From: Ascidiella aspersa
Taxonomy: Eukaryota
Direction: 5' to 3'
DNA: 64,000 bases
Assembly (NCBI GenBank): GCA_963924565.1
Contig: OZ004615.1
Location: 6,944,001 to 7,008,000 of the forward strand
The notes below the pieces were generated by a model. It did no database searches. It was not told the origin of the DNA and saw only the letters and a program-made list of their open reading frames with translations. The position numbers and the translations under genes were made by a program. This document shows, one piece after another, positions 1 to 12,000 of the stretch (positions are counted from its first letter, which is position 1; every line of letters starts with the position of its first letter).

Positions 1-944
1 TCAGGTCGGTTTGAAAGATAAAAGTGTACGTGACAAAGTGGTATGGAGTGTAGTATTTGCTGAACAAAACGATCTGCACCGCTGATGTGTTGTTGCTTAC
101 GTAAGCAATGTGTGTGGCTCAAATTCGTAGGAAATTATGCTTACCGCCCACGTTCCATTTTGTACTCCCTGTTTCAATGCGAAGGTGTATTTTACAGCGC
201 TGCTGACTTTAAAACTCAGTCCAATAAACCGCTTGTTTTTTTCCCATTTGATTTAGTGAATAAACCGTGTCAGTTTTGTGCTAAGGTAAATAGATAACCA
301 AGTAAATCATCAGGTGTCATTGTCTTTTTCTGTCAAACCCATCTTAAACCACCAGTTTAACTCATGCTTGCACCACGCACTTCCTGCAGGCCTATTCCCT
401 GGCCAAAGTTTAGCCAAACCTTTCAGCACCATCTTTAAAACATGAACGATTGCAAAATGCTACCGACCTGCTTTTAAGGCAGGCCATTCAGGGACCAATC
501 ACGTATCTTGTTGAGCACACAGGATGGGCGAATCCCCGCAAACGCGCCAGCATCGCTAAGAATGCGCCGGTTGTATATACAAAGCTATATCTTGGTTTTA
601 CAAATTTAATCTCCCGTTTTTGTTCCACTATGAGCATGCAGAGGAAGGCCCAAGGCAAGATGCCTGTTTATTATGACATTACAGTCCTGCACATAGACGA
701 AAAGTATACAGTAGAGTTGCAATATTAGGCTGTTGGTTTTTCACCTATAAATTACATTTAAAGCATTAAACATTATAACTAACCTCTAAGAAAGCTTTTT
801 TTTATGCTGTTTGAAGACACCCGGTGGCCCTCAAAGGGCGCTGTTTAATAAACTCTGGGCTGACATATGGCATATTTTGATCACTTAGTTGTTTTTATTA
901 TCGACTCTGTCTTTAAAACTTCCGAATTCCGCAATACATTCCTT

Positions 945-1020
945 TTAAACTTGCATCCAATAACTTTTAAACTTTGCATCCAATAAGCTATATTTTAAAC
1001 TTTGCATCCAATAAGCTATT
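945..1020. repeat. Short tandem repeat, about 3 copies of TTTAAACTTTGCATCCAATAA
   Basis: Direct reading. Confidence 0.7.
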
Positions 1021-1504
1021 GGACTGAAAAAAAAACTTACTTTGCTTTAAGTAAGTTTATACATTTTGGGATTTGTCACATTTTTTAATTGTTTACCGGG
1101 TAATATTTATCATATCTTGGTGATTTGAATAACAAGTTGATATGACCTAGTTCTGACGCCTGAAATCGTCATTCTTACAAAGTGAAGAAAGCGTTTTTTA
1201 ATGATCGGTTATGCAGATTAAAATTGAAACAGAAAGTTCACAGTTTACCCGATTGGAAATAAATAGGAACATAAATCAGAAAAAAAACAATGACAAGGTG
1301 ACTTTACAAAACAAAAATTCGAAGAAAAAGCTATCAGACGACCCGCTATAGTACACAGCGAAATTAGTAGATATTGACAAAAATCGCAAGTTGACTGTTT
1401 CGAACTGGGCATAAAAAAAAAAAGCGGAACTCGATTTACAAATGTACACGGAAACTAGCGCTGTTTGCGCAGTGGATAAACAAGTTTACTACAAGCCAAC
1501 AATG

Positions 1505-2101
1505 TTAGATCTGTTCCAGCAACTCGAGGGTGGGCTTCTTGACCTCGTCCATGTACGCCTTCTGGTATTCTTCCTTGAGGATAAGCTGCTTCTCAATCTC
1601 CTTGTCAATCACCTCCTGTTTCTCGGCCTGGCGTCTCAGACGCTCCTGGACCTGGTCCTCGCCCTCTTCCATTTCCTGACGCACCAGATCCCGGCCGTAG
1701 AAGACGGTCAGCTCGTTTTTCTCCTCGTTGTTGAAGCGCGCCCAGAAGTAGACGCTCAGCCGCTCGCCGCTGCCGTGCTTCACCACGAAATCGAGAAAGT
1801 CGCGAAAGCGCCGGTCGTCCTTGTCCTCGGCGGCCACGCGCATGCGCACGCCCTTGACCACGTTGATGACCTTGATGATCTCCTCCTCGTTGCCGCCCTC
1901 CACCGACAGGCCGGCGTAGGCCTCGACCGCGAAGGTCTTGTCGTCGTGCGCGTCGATGTCAATCTGCTTGGGCTTAAAGGGAAGCTTCTGCTCTTCGGTC
2001 TCGGCGTGTTTGTTGTGCTTGTGCTTGGCCGGAAGTTTTGCCGGGGTGGCGATCACGCTTCCCGGACAGTTGTGGCGGTGGTTTTCGCTCCAGTCTTCAC
2101 T
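1505..2101 (-). CDS. ANK-MYND gene coding exon 4 (end of MYND, C-terminal domain, coiled-coil-like tail)
   Basis: CCAG acceptor, SEDWSENHRHNC completes MYND, strong GC3 bias, TAA at 1505-1507. Confidence 0.9.
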   Translation of the reverse strand, partial: SEDWSENHRHNCPGSVIATPAKLPAKHKHNKHAETEEQKLPFKPKQIDIDAHDDKTFAVEAYAGLSVEGGNEEEIIKVINVVKGVRMRVAAEDKDDRRFRDFLDFVVKHGSGERLSVYFWARFNNEEKNELTVFYGRDLVRQEMEEGEDQVQERLRRQAEKQEVIDKEIEKQLILKEEYQKAYMDEVKKPTLELLEQI

Positions 2102-4716
2102 CTGGTGGTAAAAACAAGGCAGTTTTATCGTTTGCTTTTATTTTTATCTTGTTGAAAATGCAGTTCGACTAGACCAGTGATTCTTGAACTGTGTGCCTCG
2201 CTGGATTTGTTTAGTGTGCAGCGAGATTTTTTGTATTAATAAAAAACATATCTAATGCTTTCTTGTATTAAAGATGATTAAATTTATAAACTTTATTACA
2301 TTCATTAAAATTCATCAATTTTTTCATCAGAAATTTCGATGGACTACATTTATTCCATCGGAATGCTAACTGACAATTCTGTTCTGTACTTACAGAAGTA
2401 TATATACGCTTGACAGACCGTTTCGGTACCTTCAAAAACACCAACCCTTGTAGTTGTACACGCATACCTGGCACTGTTGGTTGCAGTAGAACGTCACATA
2501 GCATCCAGCGCAGCGCTTGGCCTTCTTAAGGGCCGAGGCGCCGCACTTGGCGCAGCGGGCCGCCTGCCGCTCCTGACGCAGCGTGAACGAACGCAGGCAA
2601 GTGTGGATCAGGCGTCGCGTCTTGTCGTCGTCGGCGAAGTCGTAGGCCGTACGCCCGTCTCTCATGGCGGCACGCGGATCTGCTCCGTGTATTACCAGGG
2701 CTCGCATCGCAGAGCGGTTGCCGCTGGCTGTGGCCAGGTGGAAGGGTGTGGCGGTGGAGTAGGCGCGCTTGTTCACGTCGGCACCACGCTCGATCAGGTT
2801 CAGCAGGTGCTTCTTGTCGATGCCTTTTCTGCAAAAGGACGGGGAACAGAAGTTACAGGACTAACAATGGTATTTGCTTTGTGTCAAAGGGGATCCGAAA
2901 TCGGTTTTTCAAATGACTTTGCTACTGAATACGAGTAAGGCCGATAAACGGAAATCGCAGTAGGGGAGCTTTGCCGTGACGATATTTTACAAAGCAGTAC
3001 AACCCGCTTTACACAAAACAGTTGTATCCTATTGACATTATTGCTTGCTTTTTTTTCTTTCAACAAAAGGACTTCGGTCGCATTCAGCTCGCGTTGATAT
3101 ATTTATAATTTCTCCTATGTTTTGTTGTTATGATTTCCCGTTTATTCTTGAAGATAAATCATGATATTTTTGTATCCAAAAATGACATTGAAACCCCGTA
3201 GTCGAATTATACTGTGAACGGCCTGAAGACAATTGTGTCATATCTAATTAAAAAGCAGTTATCTGATTTCATTGTGAACGTTGTAAAAAAAAAAAAATGC
3301 TTTACACCAGGGGTCACTTAACTACAGCTTGTGGGATAGATCCGTCCACGGCTCCACGGCATTTCCTTAATTGTGAATTAAGACATAGTAGATTTGAAAT
3401 GTTGTCAAATTTTTAAGTTCAACCACAATTTATCAAGGCTCACTACAGTTTTTAATAATCAAGTTAGTAAAGTTCGACAGAAAATTGTTTATCCGGCCCG
3501 CGAACTTTCGGCCTTACAGTCATCCCGTCCTTTCTGAAAAACATTTGATTACCCTTGCTTCAGACCAATAGTCGCAACTCGCCTTTAAATATTTACCTGC
3601 ACGCGACCATCAGGGGCGTGAAGCCTTCCAGCAGTGTGGGGCTCTCCAGCATGGCGTCCCAGTGTAGAAGGCGCTGATAACCTAGCTCGTTTTGGCTTCC
3701 CACCATCCAGTGCAGAGGGGATCTCCCGTACGGGTCCTGCTCGTCCACCGTCCTGTGGATGCGCGTCTCGTCCTTGTAGTTGTCCAGGAAATTATCCATT
3801 ACGGCCCTTGAAAAAAAAATTGACTCCTTTGCCGCCCGGCATTTCGATTTCGTTGCGTTGTGAAAAGACGCCGTTGACTAATAGCGTAAGGGTATAAGAC
3901 TATTTGAAGAAACAACCAAGCTCATTAGATTGTGTTTTGTGACACATACTTCTGGTCGCCAGCAGACAAAATGCAATGTTTTTCTTTTTGATAGACACTG
4001 TGGAAGTACAACGTACCACGTTCGCACATTATGGCATAGGTACAGTGTTTAAAGTAGCAAACGTTGAATAATTTGTTTGCAGTAATGGAATCTTTGTAAG
4101 CGTTAATAATTAGCATGTACCTTAATCTTGCATTGATAAATAACTTAAAGGTAATATAATTTTAACTTTAGGTCGAATTAGGACCGTGTTTGCCCTTTTT
4201 ACAGTTTGTTTTGTTTAAATTTCGTATTTTCTTAGGTTTTAAATGTATTAAACACACAAAATTCTTGGAAAACAACATGGTGAAGTAATCCAAAACTGGC
4301 AGCACCTTTGTGTGTAACACTTTCGCGTCAGCCAAATTCGTTTGAGTAACCTGCTAAAATCGTTAAGAAAGTTTGGCAACACGAAATTCCAATGCGGGTG
4401 TAACGTGTAACTATTAATAGTCGCAGGCGAATTTGCGGCTTTGGACAAATGTTGCAATTAGTTGTTAACCAAAAAAATGGGCATAAAGCAACTATAGTTT
4501 ACCGAATGTCACTTACCTCATTAACGGGTTAGTCTGTTGCGACGCCATGGAAGTCAGCTGGGTGATGTGTGGCTTATACTGCGGGTCCAACGGGTTGTAG
4601 TTATCCAGACCGTCCAAAATGTTTTCGGTCTTAAAGTTCTCCGACTCTCTTTTCCGTTTGAAATCGTACAGGCCGCCATAGCTGGGGTTCGGGTATAGGT
4701 CATAGTAGGTGGTCAT
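1505..4716 (-). CDS. Ankyrin-repeat and MYND zinc-finger protein, 455 aa; join(complement 4716..4517, 3806..3597, 2828..2468, 2101..1505)
   Basis: Four GT-AG exons with matching phases (2,2,0) give 1368 nt ending in TAA. Ankyrin motifs GRSPLHW, GFTPLMVACRKG, GADVN, TPFHLATASGN, GRTAYDFA. Complete MYND motif CAKC..CAGC..YC..CQ|SEDW..H..C split by the last intron. Orthology to a named gene not established. Confidence 0.9.
2468..2828 (-). CDS. ANK-MYND gene coding exon 3 (ankyrin repeats + first part of MYND)
   Basis: TTTTGCAG acceptor, GTATGC donor; GADVNKR...CAKC...CAGC...YCNQQCQ. Confidence 0.92.
3308..3557. mobile_element. Degenerate hAT-type MITE in an ANK-MYND intron
   Basis: Ends CAGGGGTCAC / ATTACCCTTG; flanks CTTTACAC / CTTCAGAC (6/8 TSD). 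Confidence 0.55.
3597..3806 (-). CDS. ANK-MYND gene coding exon 2 (ankyrin repeats)
   Basis: TTTTTTCAAG acceptor, GTAAAT donor, GRSPLHW/GFTPLMVAC. Confidence 0.88.
4517..4716 (-). CDS. ANK-MYND gene coding exon 1 (MTTYYDLYP...NPLMR)
   Basis: ATG at 4716, GTAAGT donor at 4516, phase 2 matches the next exon. Confidence 0.8.
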
Positions 4717-4948
4717 TTTGTGCAAGATTAAATCGGTCCTAGCTGTAAAGATTGCTTGTGTTGGCCATTTATGGAACGGTGTTCTGTAAATTGGCGTTGA
4801 TAAGTTTCGGTTTGATTTTTTTCCCTAATAGTTGAAAAAAGTTAGTTGACTTTTTACCGTTCGGGTATTCAACAAATTACCGCTGCCAGGCTGTTCCTAA
4901 GTTGCTTTCGACAGTAATTCAATACATAAATACTCAGACAGGCAGGCG

Positions 4949-4960
4949 GCCGCCATATTG
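4949..4960 (-). promoter_or_regulatory. YY1-like motif (CAATATGGCGGC) in the probable promoter/first exon of the ANK-MYND gene
   Basis: Close match to the YY1 consensus CAANATGGCGGC in the gene's orientation. Followed by a GTAATT donor (4880) and TTTACAG acceptor (4743) that would form a 138-nt 5'UTR intron. Confidence 0.4.
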
Positions 4961-5433
4961 AATCAGACGGCTATAATTTACCGTGTCAACTGCGAACTGC
5001 TGTCCTCATGTTTTACACATTTTAGTCCAGTTTCAGGTTTCATAGCCAAGAAACTTTTGTCATAGGTAATAATTATACTTTTTTGACTTTGAAAAGTCAT
5101 TTGTAATACTGTATTTGACCTTTTTCGTTACTGAGCAACTAAAACCTGTACTGCCCAGCAAAACGCTCAACGATTGTTTGTTGGTGCGCAATGGACCGTG
5201 GCGTGCTCTCTCGTGCACATAACGTTTTTCTCGCATAGAATAGTTACGCACCCTGAATATTGCGATGGTCGATTGCGAGTGAGCCGCGTTTACTGAATAC
5301 GCGTTCCAATTGGATAGTTGTAGGTTTTTCAGTTGTATGTCTAGTCGTTAAAAAATAACAACCTATTCTAGGCTGTTAAATGGTTTCCTAATTTTATTCG
5401 ATGTATGTTGACCAAATGATTGGTTGTTAAGAG

Positions 5434-5955
5434 CAGACTTGGACAACTAGATTTATTTTAGCTTTTTAAAATTAGATTAGAATTAAAATTAGAGCATTTC
5501 ACTTTTTTCAAATTAGATTAGAATTAGAATTAGATTATTTTGAGTTTTCTCAAATTAGATTAGAATTAGAATTACCGAATTCCTTAAAAAACGAATTTGA
5601 ACTTAAATTACATTTTATTATTCACAATCAATTACATTTAAATCGAGTAGTACTTTAATAGGAATGTACATGTCAATTATGTGTGTGCTAATTTTTAAGC
5701 ATTTAAGCATAGCATATGACTTTAGTCCGTGAAAATTACGTGTCAACTAAAGAGTTTAAATTCAAATTATTTGTTTTCACCAAGAGACTAAAAATGTCGT
5801 TGGACAAAGTAGCATTTTTGGTAAAATCCGAATTAGATTAGAACTAGAATTAGAACACACAAGCAATTGGCAAATTAGATTAAGATTAGAATTAGCCGCA
5901 TTTTGCTCTAATTCATTGAATTAGAAAACTAGAATTATCTAGTAGTCCAAGTCTG
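5434..5955. mobile_element. hAT-type MITE with subterminal AATTAG-type repeats
   Basis: TIRs CAGACTTGGACAACTAG / CTAGTAGTCCAAGTCTG; perfect 8-bp TSD GTTAAGAG; arrays of AATTAGATTAGAATTAG. Confidence 0.9.
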
Positions 5956-7946
5956 GTTAAGAGTGCGCGATTCATGCTTGATGAGCCCCAAGCAATTTAC
6001 AGTCATGAGGTATTTTAGTTTAGATGGAAGTGAGAATTAAACGCAACCTATCGTTTTATTGATACCCAGGCATAGGCAGCTTGTGGAGCGCTAAGTTTTG
6101 CTTGTTAATTGTTGTTGTTTAGTGCAAAGCCAACAAAATCTATAAATATGTTTTGCTCGATAGAAGTACAAGTTATTGCAGAAAGCCAGAAACTATATCG
6201 CGAGGCAAAATGAAAAGCAGGCTGCGTTTAGTTGACAGATCACGATTTTTATTACAAACTTTAATCAATTACGTTTTGACGAAAGCTCGACATGCATCCT
6301 ATTCGGAAGGGAAACTTCAAGCAACAGAGTGTCATGTTTTGATAAAGGGAAGCTGTTAAACAACAAAATATACGTTCCAAAATTGAAAGTATTACGCTGT
6401 TGACGCCTTTATTCAAGTGTTTATTCGCGTCGCTTCAAAATATTTGCAAATTTTTTGTCGGTGCTACTTGTCCGAAGAACCTTTTTTTTGAACAGGTAAA
6501 AAAATAGGTTCAAATCCTGAGGTAAAAATAGGTTCAGACATTTGTTTAAACTGGGGCTTTAGTTTTACTAAGCTTCAGTTGTTCTCTCGAGTGCCCCTTT
6601 AACTGCCTAGGAAATGTAGCGGTAGGTAGTAATAAAGCTCTTAGTTACACCATCGTCCAGTGCCACTCCATTAGCATGGCACTATTCTCAGTCTTTCAGC
6701 GATCCGCCCGACTAAGCTTGAACTGCGCAATTTGTTTGCTAGTCAGTGGAGGAGGTTTAAGGACTGCAGTATGTTGTTGTTTTGGGAATTTTGTGTATAT
6801 ACGTGGTAATGTTTGTTTTTATATTTCCGTTTAAGGTTATGTTTTATGTACGGTAACTATCAATGGCAGTTTTTAGTTTAACTTTTAGTCCTAACATAAA
6901 CCTAAACATTGACAAATTTTGTTATTTAGTACAGTATACATATTAGTTGGATTGTACAGCATAGAACCATGGCCGCTATGTTAAGTTAACAAAAGGCATC
7001 TAGTTTTGTCCGAACTGTTATCACCCGAACAACAGAAAGTTGCAGTGGCTTACGTGCTGTAAGTCACGCAAAATAGAAATATTTAGTCAGTAGTCCGACA
7101 TTATAGTTGTTATCAGAAATGACAGAATACTCTCTTTTACTGGCACTGGTAGTTTAAAAAAACGTTTTTTGTTAGTTTTGTCTAACTTAAGATTTAGATA
7201 AAGTCATTCAAATACACATGTCAATTAAACTGATGGCCCAATTAGCAGCTAGTTGAGATTTATTCATTGCTATTTTGTAAAACATCCTTAAATAAAAGCA
7301 TTCCGACATATAACTAAACAACGTTGCATGTTTTGTGATTGTTTATTTGGTTAGGAGTAACGAAGGTTTCACACTGTTTCTCCGTACCAGTTCAGTCGGC
7401 AAAACATATGATTGGGTGTTGTTCGAAAGGGAACATTCACTAGAACTCCCATTGTTGTCGAACAAAGGGCCAAGACAATGTCAGGCGCTTTGAAGCCTTT
7501 TGTGTCGGTTGCTGTGTACGTTTGGTTTACTGCCAGCCGGTCATACGACACACCTTATTACGGCATCCATTTTTATTCGTTTACGTTGCGCAAAAAATAT
7601 GACTGACTGCAATAGCTGTTTTTTGGGATGCGCTCACCAAGCACGTCATCGAACTCCCATTTATTTCTAGTTTCACCAGATTTCTAGGTTCAACTGTGGA
7701 TAAAATTATTCGATCAACAAAGGAAATGAAACCTTTTTAACGCTAATAATGAGCACAGTAAAGGCCGATGGCGCAATATAGTACGTGTAGTATACTTACT
7801 GCACTATACGCAAAAATATTACATACCCTATTTTAAGAAAAGCCTTACTTGAAGTGATCAAAAACATGCAACGATTTTGAGTACAATATTTTATTTTTTT
7901 TAATTAAAACCAGTAACACGTTGACGTTATATTAATCAAAAACACC

Positions 7947-8019
7947 TAATTGTAATTATTAACCAAGAAGAAGGCGATTTGAATTGGTTGCCGAAACGTT
8001 GGTTAACAACTGCAAATTA
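7947..8019 (+). mobile_element. Penelope-like terminal-repeat relic with degenerate hammerhead-like motif
   Basis: TTAACC-aagaaga-a-GGCGAT..GTTGCC-GAAAC-GTT-GGTTAA layout; core CTGAAGA is mutated. Confidence 0.4.
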
Positions 8020-8976
8020 GCAGAGAAGATGTTTTTCATTATTATTATTATGTCTGGTAGCAACAGTTTTTATACGTTAACCTGAACGTTGTACTTTCAT
8101 TGCGACGAACAACGTAGCAAATTGAAAATCGCATTGACCAAGGCAGTTTATATATAGGGCACACAAATATTCTATTGTGTGTAAGCTATTCTGTTGTGAA
8201 AGCTTTTTGAAAGTCCTTGCGGTGCAGTGTTGGTCAAATTGCCGTTAGGCACGCCTGGTTGGGCGACAAATAGTCGCCGATTTTGGGTCGCCAACTTTCT
8301 GGAAATTTCAAAGTTCGCCTTTTGGGCTTAAGGTTAGATAGGGTTTCTAATATTGCTGTAATGGTTGCGAAAGATGTTACTTGATCTGAGTAGACTTGTG
8401 ATGATGGGAAAAATCTTGCAAAAAGCCACTATTTAAGACCACTTTATGTTCTCCACCCAGTTTTGACCCAGTCCTTTACAGCTGGACAAAAACGTTTGTC
8501 AGCTACTTCCAATCATTGAATGAATGAGCGGAAAATGGCCAAAATACACATATGATACACATATCAAGGTTCTAAGTTTTAATCCAATATGCCGCATAAA
8601 GTAGAAGTGTGAACCGTTTAATTTTATTATAAGCACCACTCTTTTTTCTATTTGTTACAACCGTAGTTTGATTTTTTTTCAAAAAAATACAACCTGTTTA
8701 TTCAGCTTTCGAGATTTCGAAAATTACAAGATTTCTTCAGAGCAAGCTTATTCTTTTGATTAACTATACCAGTCTGAGCTATGCCATTCAGAGACTTGTT
8801 TAGTTAGCGGAGGACGCGAGAGCATAATTTGATCGCTTTTATTTGTGAAATTTCTGTTCACGGGGCTCGTGCAGTAAAAACGTTTTGTGACTTTCGCAGA
8901 GCTTAACGCTAAACGCGATCTACTGAAAACTCTATAAATATCGCATAGTAACTGATTTAAGACTGCTGGATACAGC

Positions 8977-9019
8977 ATGGGAGGATGCTGCTGTGGAAAG
9001 TCAAAGTCGGGAGAGCACG
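8977..9019 (+). CDS. SLC44A2: SLC44 exon 1 ([14 protein letters not shown])
   Basis: ATG in GCATGG context, GTAACG donor, phase 1 joins to exon 2 (HG-KAKEFDP). Confidence 0.75.
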
Positions 9020-12000
9020 GTAACGACTATTCTGGTTTTCTGTTTTCTATAAGTCAGTGGTGTTTTGTTTGCCAAAAAACAAAGATTTTAAAATCACGAA
9101 CAAAGAGAGGGAAGAAGTGCGTTTATTGTTTCAAGTCTGATTGCTAAATAGTGTGAAAATCTTATATATGATCGTTTAAATGTCGCGTTTTTTATTTTAT
9201 TTTTATCTAAATAATAACTTTGTTTTAGTGATTTTTTAATAAAGTTATACAGATCAAGGTAAAAAGTTAATTTGAACACCACAATAGCACTGTTTGTTTT
9301 TACTATCAATGTTGCAATGTATTATAGTTATGTATACAGCGACTCCTGAATTATATACGACCGAAAAACCCAATAAATCAACTTACTGGCCATACTTTTT
9401 TGTTTTTCGCTTTTAAAAGTGCCTTTAGCACGGGGAAGGTGTAAACTTTTTTGCTTGATATCATCATGTTTGCCCCTCTTTGTAATAGCGCGCAATAGGA
9501 CCGTTTTATTGACGTTTTACCAGACGTGGGAAATGATCGCAAGAGCTTAAACTACCGAACGCAGTGCGTTTTATGGCGCACAACTTTGTTCCTACATGTG
9601 ACGAAAATATTTTATTGCAGGTTATTGTGTAGCGAATTACAGTGACGCAATTCAGTCCGTAACAGATCAAACATCACGTTTGGCCAAAAAACAATCGATG
9701 TGAAGTTTCGGATTTCGTTGAACCAGCTATGTGTTTCCTCCGAGCGACCCCCACTAACTCTTTCAGCGTTCTAAAAATACAACAGCCCGCTGACGCGCGG
9801 CGTCGTGTTTAACTAAGATGCCCTATTATGTTGCTCGGTCCCGTGACTTGCACTTGGAAATCGCCTCTCTTCACACCTACCGCTGGTAACATGTACCAGA
9901 CGTGCTCTACGCGGTTGCAAAAGGACTATTTTGTGTCAAGTCGGGACACGTTCATGTTAAAAAGTGTGTTTTTGTCGCTAATGGGCGAGGTCGCTAGAAC
10001 GCTTATTATAGTTGTAACGTCAGAATTTATTGATTACTTTAGTAATGCGCCAGAAACCCCACTTTTCGCACAAACCAATATGGAAACACCATCTAGATCA
10101 GGACTTGCTGAACTTTTGGTCCACCCCCTTTAATTTATTGGAATTTTGGGCCAACCTTTTTTTTTAGTTGAATAAATAGTGCAATCACTATAGGCCTAGA
10201 CGCAACGCGTGTGTAAAATTCACGAAGTAATACTGACGACCCCTAAAACACATTGCGCGACCCCCAGTTTAAAAAGCCCTGATCAAGATTATAAATTGTT
10301 TCTTTGAAACAAGTTTTAAAATACAGTATCAATCGGTAAAGTCTTCCCAAGTTAGCACGGCTTTTAACGCAATTACGTTAAAGATAGATGCTACAATGCA
10401 CTGTCACATAACTAGACATTCAAAGAGTGTCCGAAATAGCAAGCAAACACGTTGCGTTGCCGTAATACAGACTCGCTCTGTTTGTGGCGACCGAATTACG
10501 GAACAAAAGCCCGAGCCATTGGAATTACAGCCCCTGTTGATTCATCCTTCTCGACTAAGGCTTTTGTGCTTTTCTGTAGTCACGCCCTGTGCACCTATAG
10601 CTTAAACACTGGGCAAAGGAAAGGGGACTTTCAAGGTTGATCTGCGTCACGGATCTTTTTCGGTTTCATTGCCTTTTGTGGGACTTTTCGTTTTTTTTAT
10701 TGCGCAAAAATGACTTTAGGATTGATGGAGCGTCTTTGGGCCAATTTGATTTTCATATTTCCAATGGTAAACAGTCTAGCTACACACTAAATCTGAATTA
10801 ATTGTTATGGTCGAAAAGCTTGTTCGCAAGTTATGTTCACCTGGATATAAAAGTAATTAAATGCTCTGAGAACAATAATCGTACAACAGTTCCTACTTGT
10901 CGAATTAGAGCTTCTGCAAAACATTAAACTGTTTTGAACGTTACATCATTCGTTAACATTGAAAAATGGTATGTTACCGATATATTATTTGAACTCCACG
11001 TTGTAAAAGGAAGTAAAAAGTACATCTTTTAGAAGTTATACATCAATATTAGAGGCACCTTAATATATGTTTAAATGTCTTTTTAACGTAATTCATTGAC
11101 ATAGTGATCCTTAACAAACCACCATAACAATTCTGATGCAGCATAAATAGTGTTTTGCTGCTCTTCTGTTGCGATTTATTGACACGATACCCATAAAAGC
11201 ACCAACAATCCAATAAAATCAACTGTTACCTCCCCCTTGTAAAAAGTGCTCTTGGAAAAAAAGTACAGCCTATATGTTGTTTAAACACCCTTTATATGGG
11301 CCATAAAAACGATAGAAAAAAAGTTGTGCTGAAAAGCGAATTGCACTAATTGTTCTATTTGTGCAAAAAATTCTTAATTTTTTTCGCAGGTAAGGCCAAG
11401 GAGTTCGATCCTGATTTTAACGGACCGATCAAGAACAGATCTTGCACCGACATCCTTTGCTGTCTTCTCTTTTTCGTCTTTATTCTCGGCTACATCGTCA
11501 TCGGAATATTCGGTAAGTTTTTAAAACATTAACCATGCTTAGGTACACTATGCAGGGATCTGTAATGTAAATTGATAACGAATTGCAAAGCCAAAAAGGT
11601 CGAGTAGATCGACATGTGACTAAAGACGATACAGTACAAGCTCGTATCGAAACGTCTTAACAATCAAGATGATGTCGATCTACTCGACCTTTTGGCTTTA
11701 ATTCATTATCAACCATGCTTTAAAATCACAGTTTTCCAATCTTGAAGTCAAAACATTTGTGAAAACCGAAATACTTAAACAAACACTTCAATTTTACAGA
11801 ATACCTAAAGGGCCCGCAACTATTTCATTAAACTATAAATCCTAGTTAAAATGATAGACTTTGGAGACCGCTTTAGAAGATTAAGAGACCGCGTACTTCG
11901 TGTGTATGTTAATTTGTGCAGGTATTTGTGTCCAGTAGTCTAAAGTCAAACTTTGTAACTTGTAAGGCATTTTATTAGCGTACCAATGACCCGGTAGTAT

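Noticed and set aside
1-240. Possible 3'UTR and AATAAA (223-228) of an upstream plus-strand gene
   Set aside because: No coding sequence in the window to anchor it
1442-2155. 237-aa plus-strand ORF (also 2477..2938 +)
   Set aside because: Antisense shadow of the GC3-rich ANK-MYND exons; Leu/Val-rich, no recognisable domain
6655-6685. Hairpin AGTGCCA...TGGCACT containing ATTAGCATGGC (U6-like 11-mer)
   Set aside because: No ACAGAGA box or other U6 sequence; could be a repeat fragment but cannot be assigned
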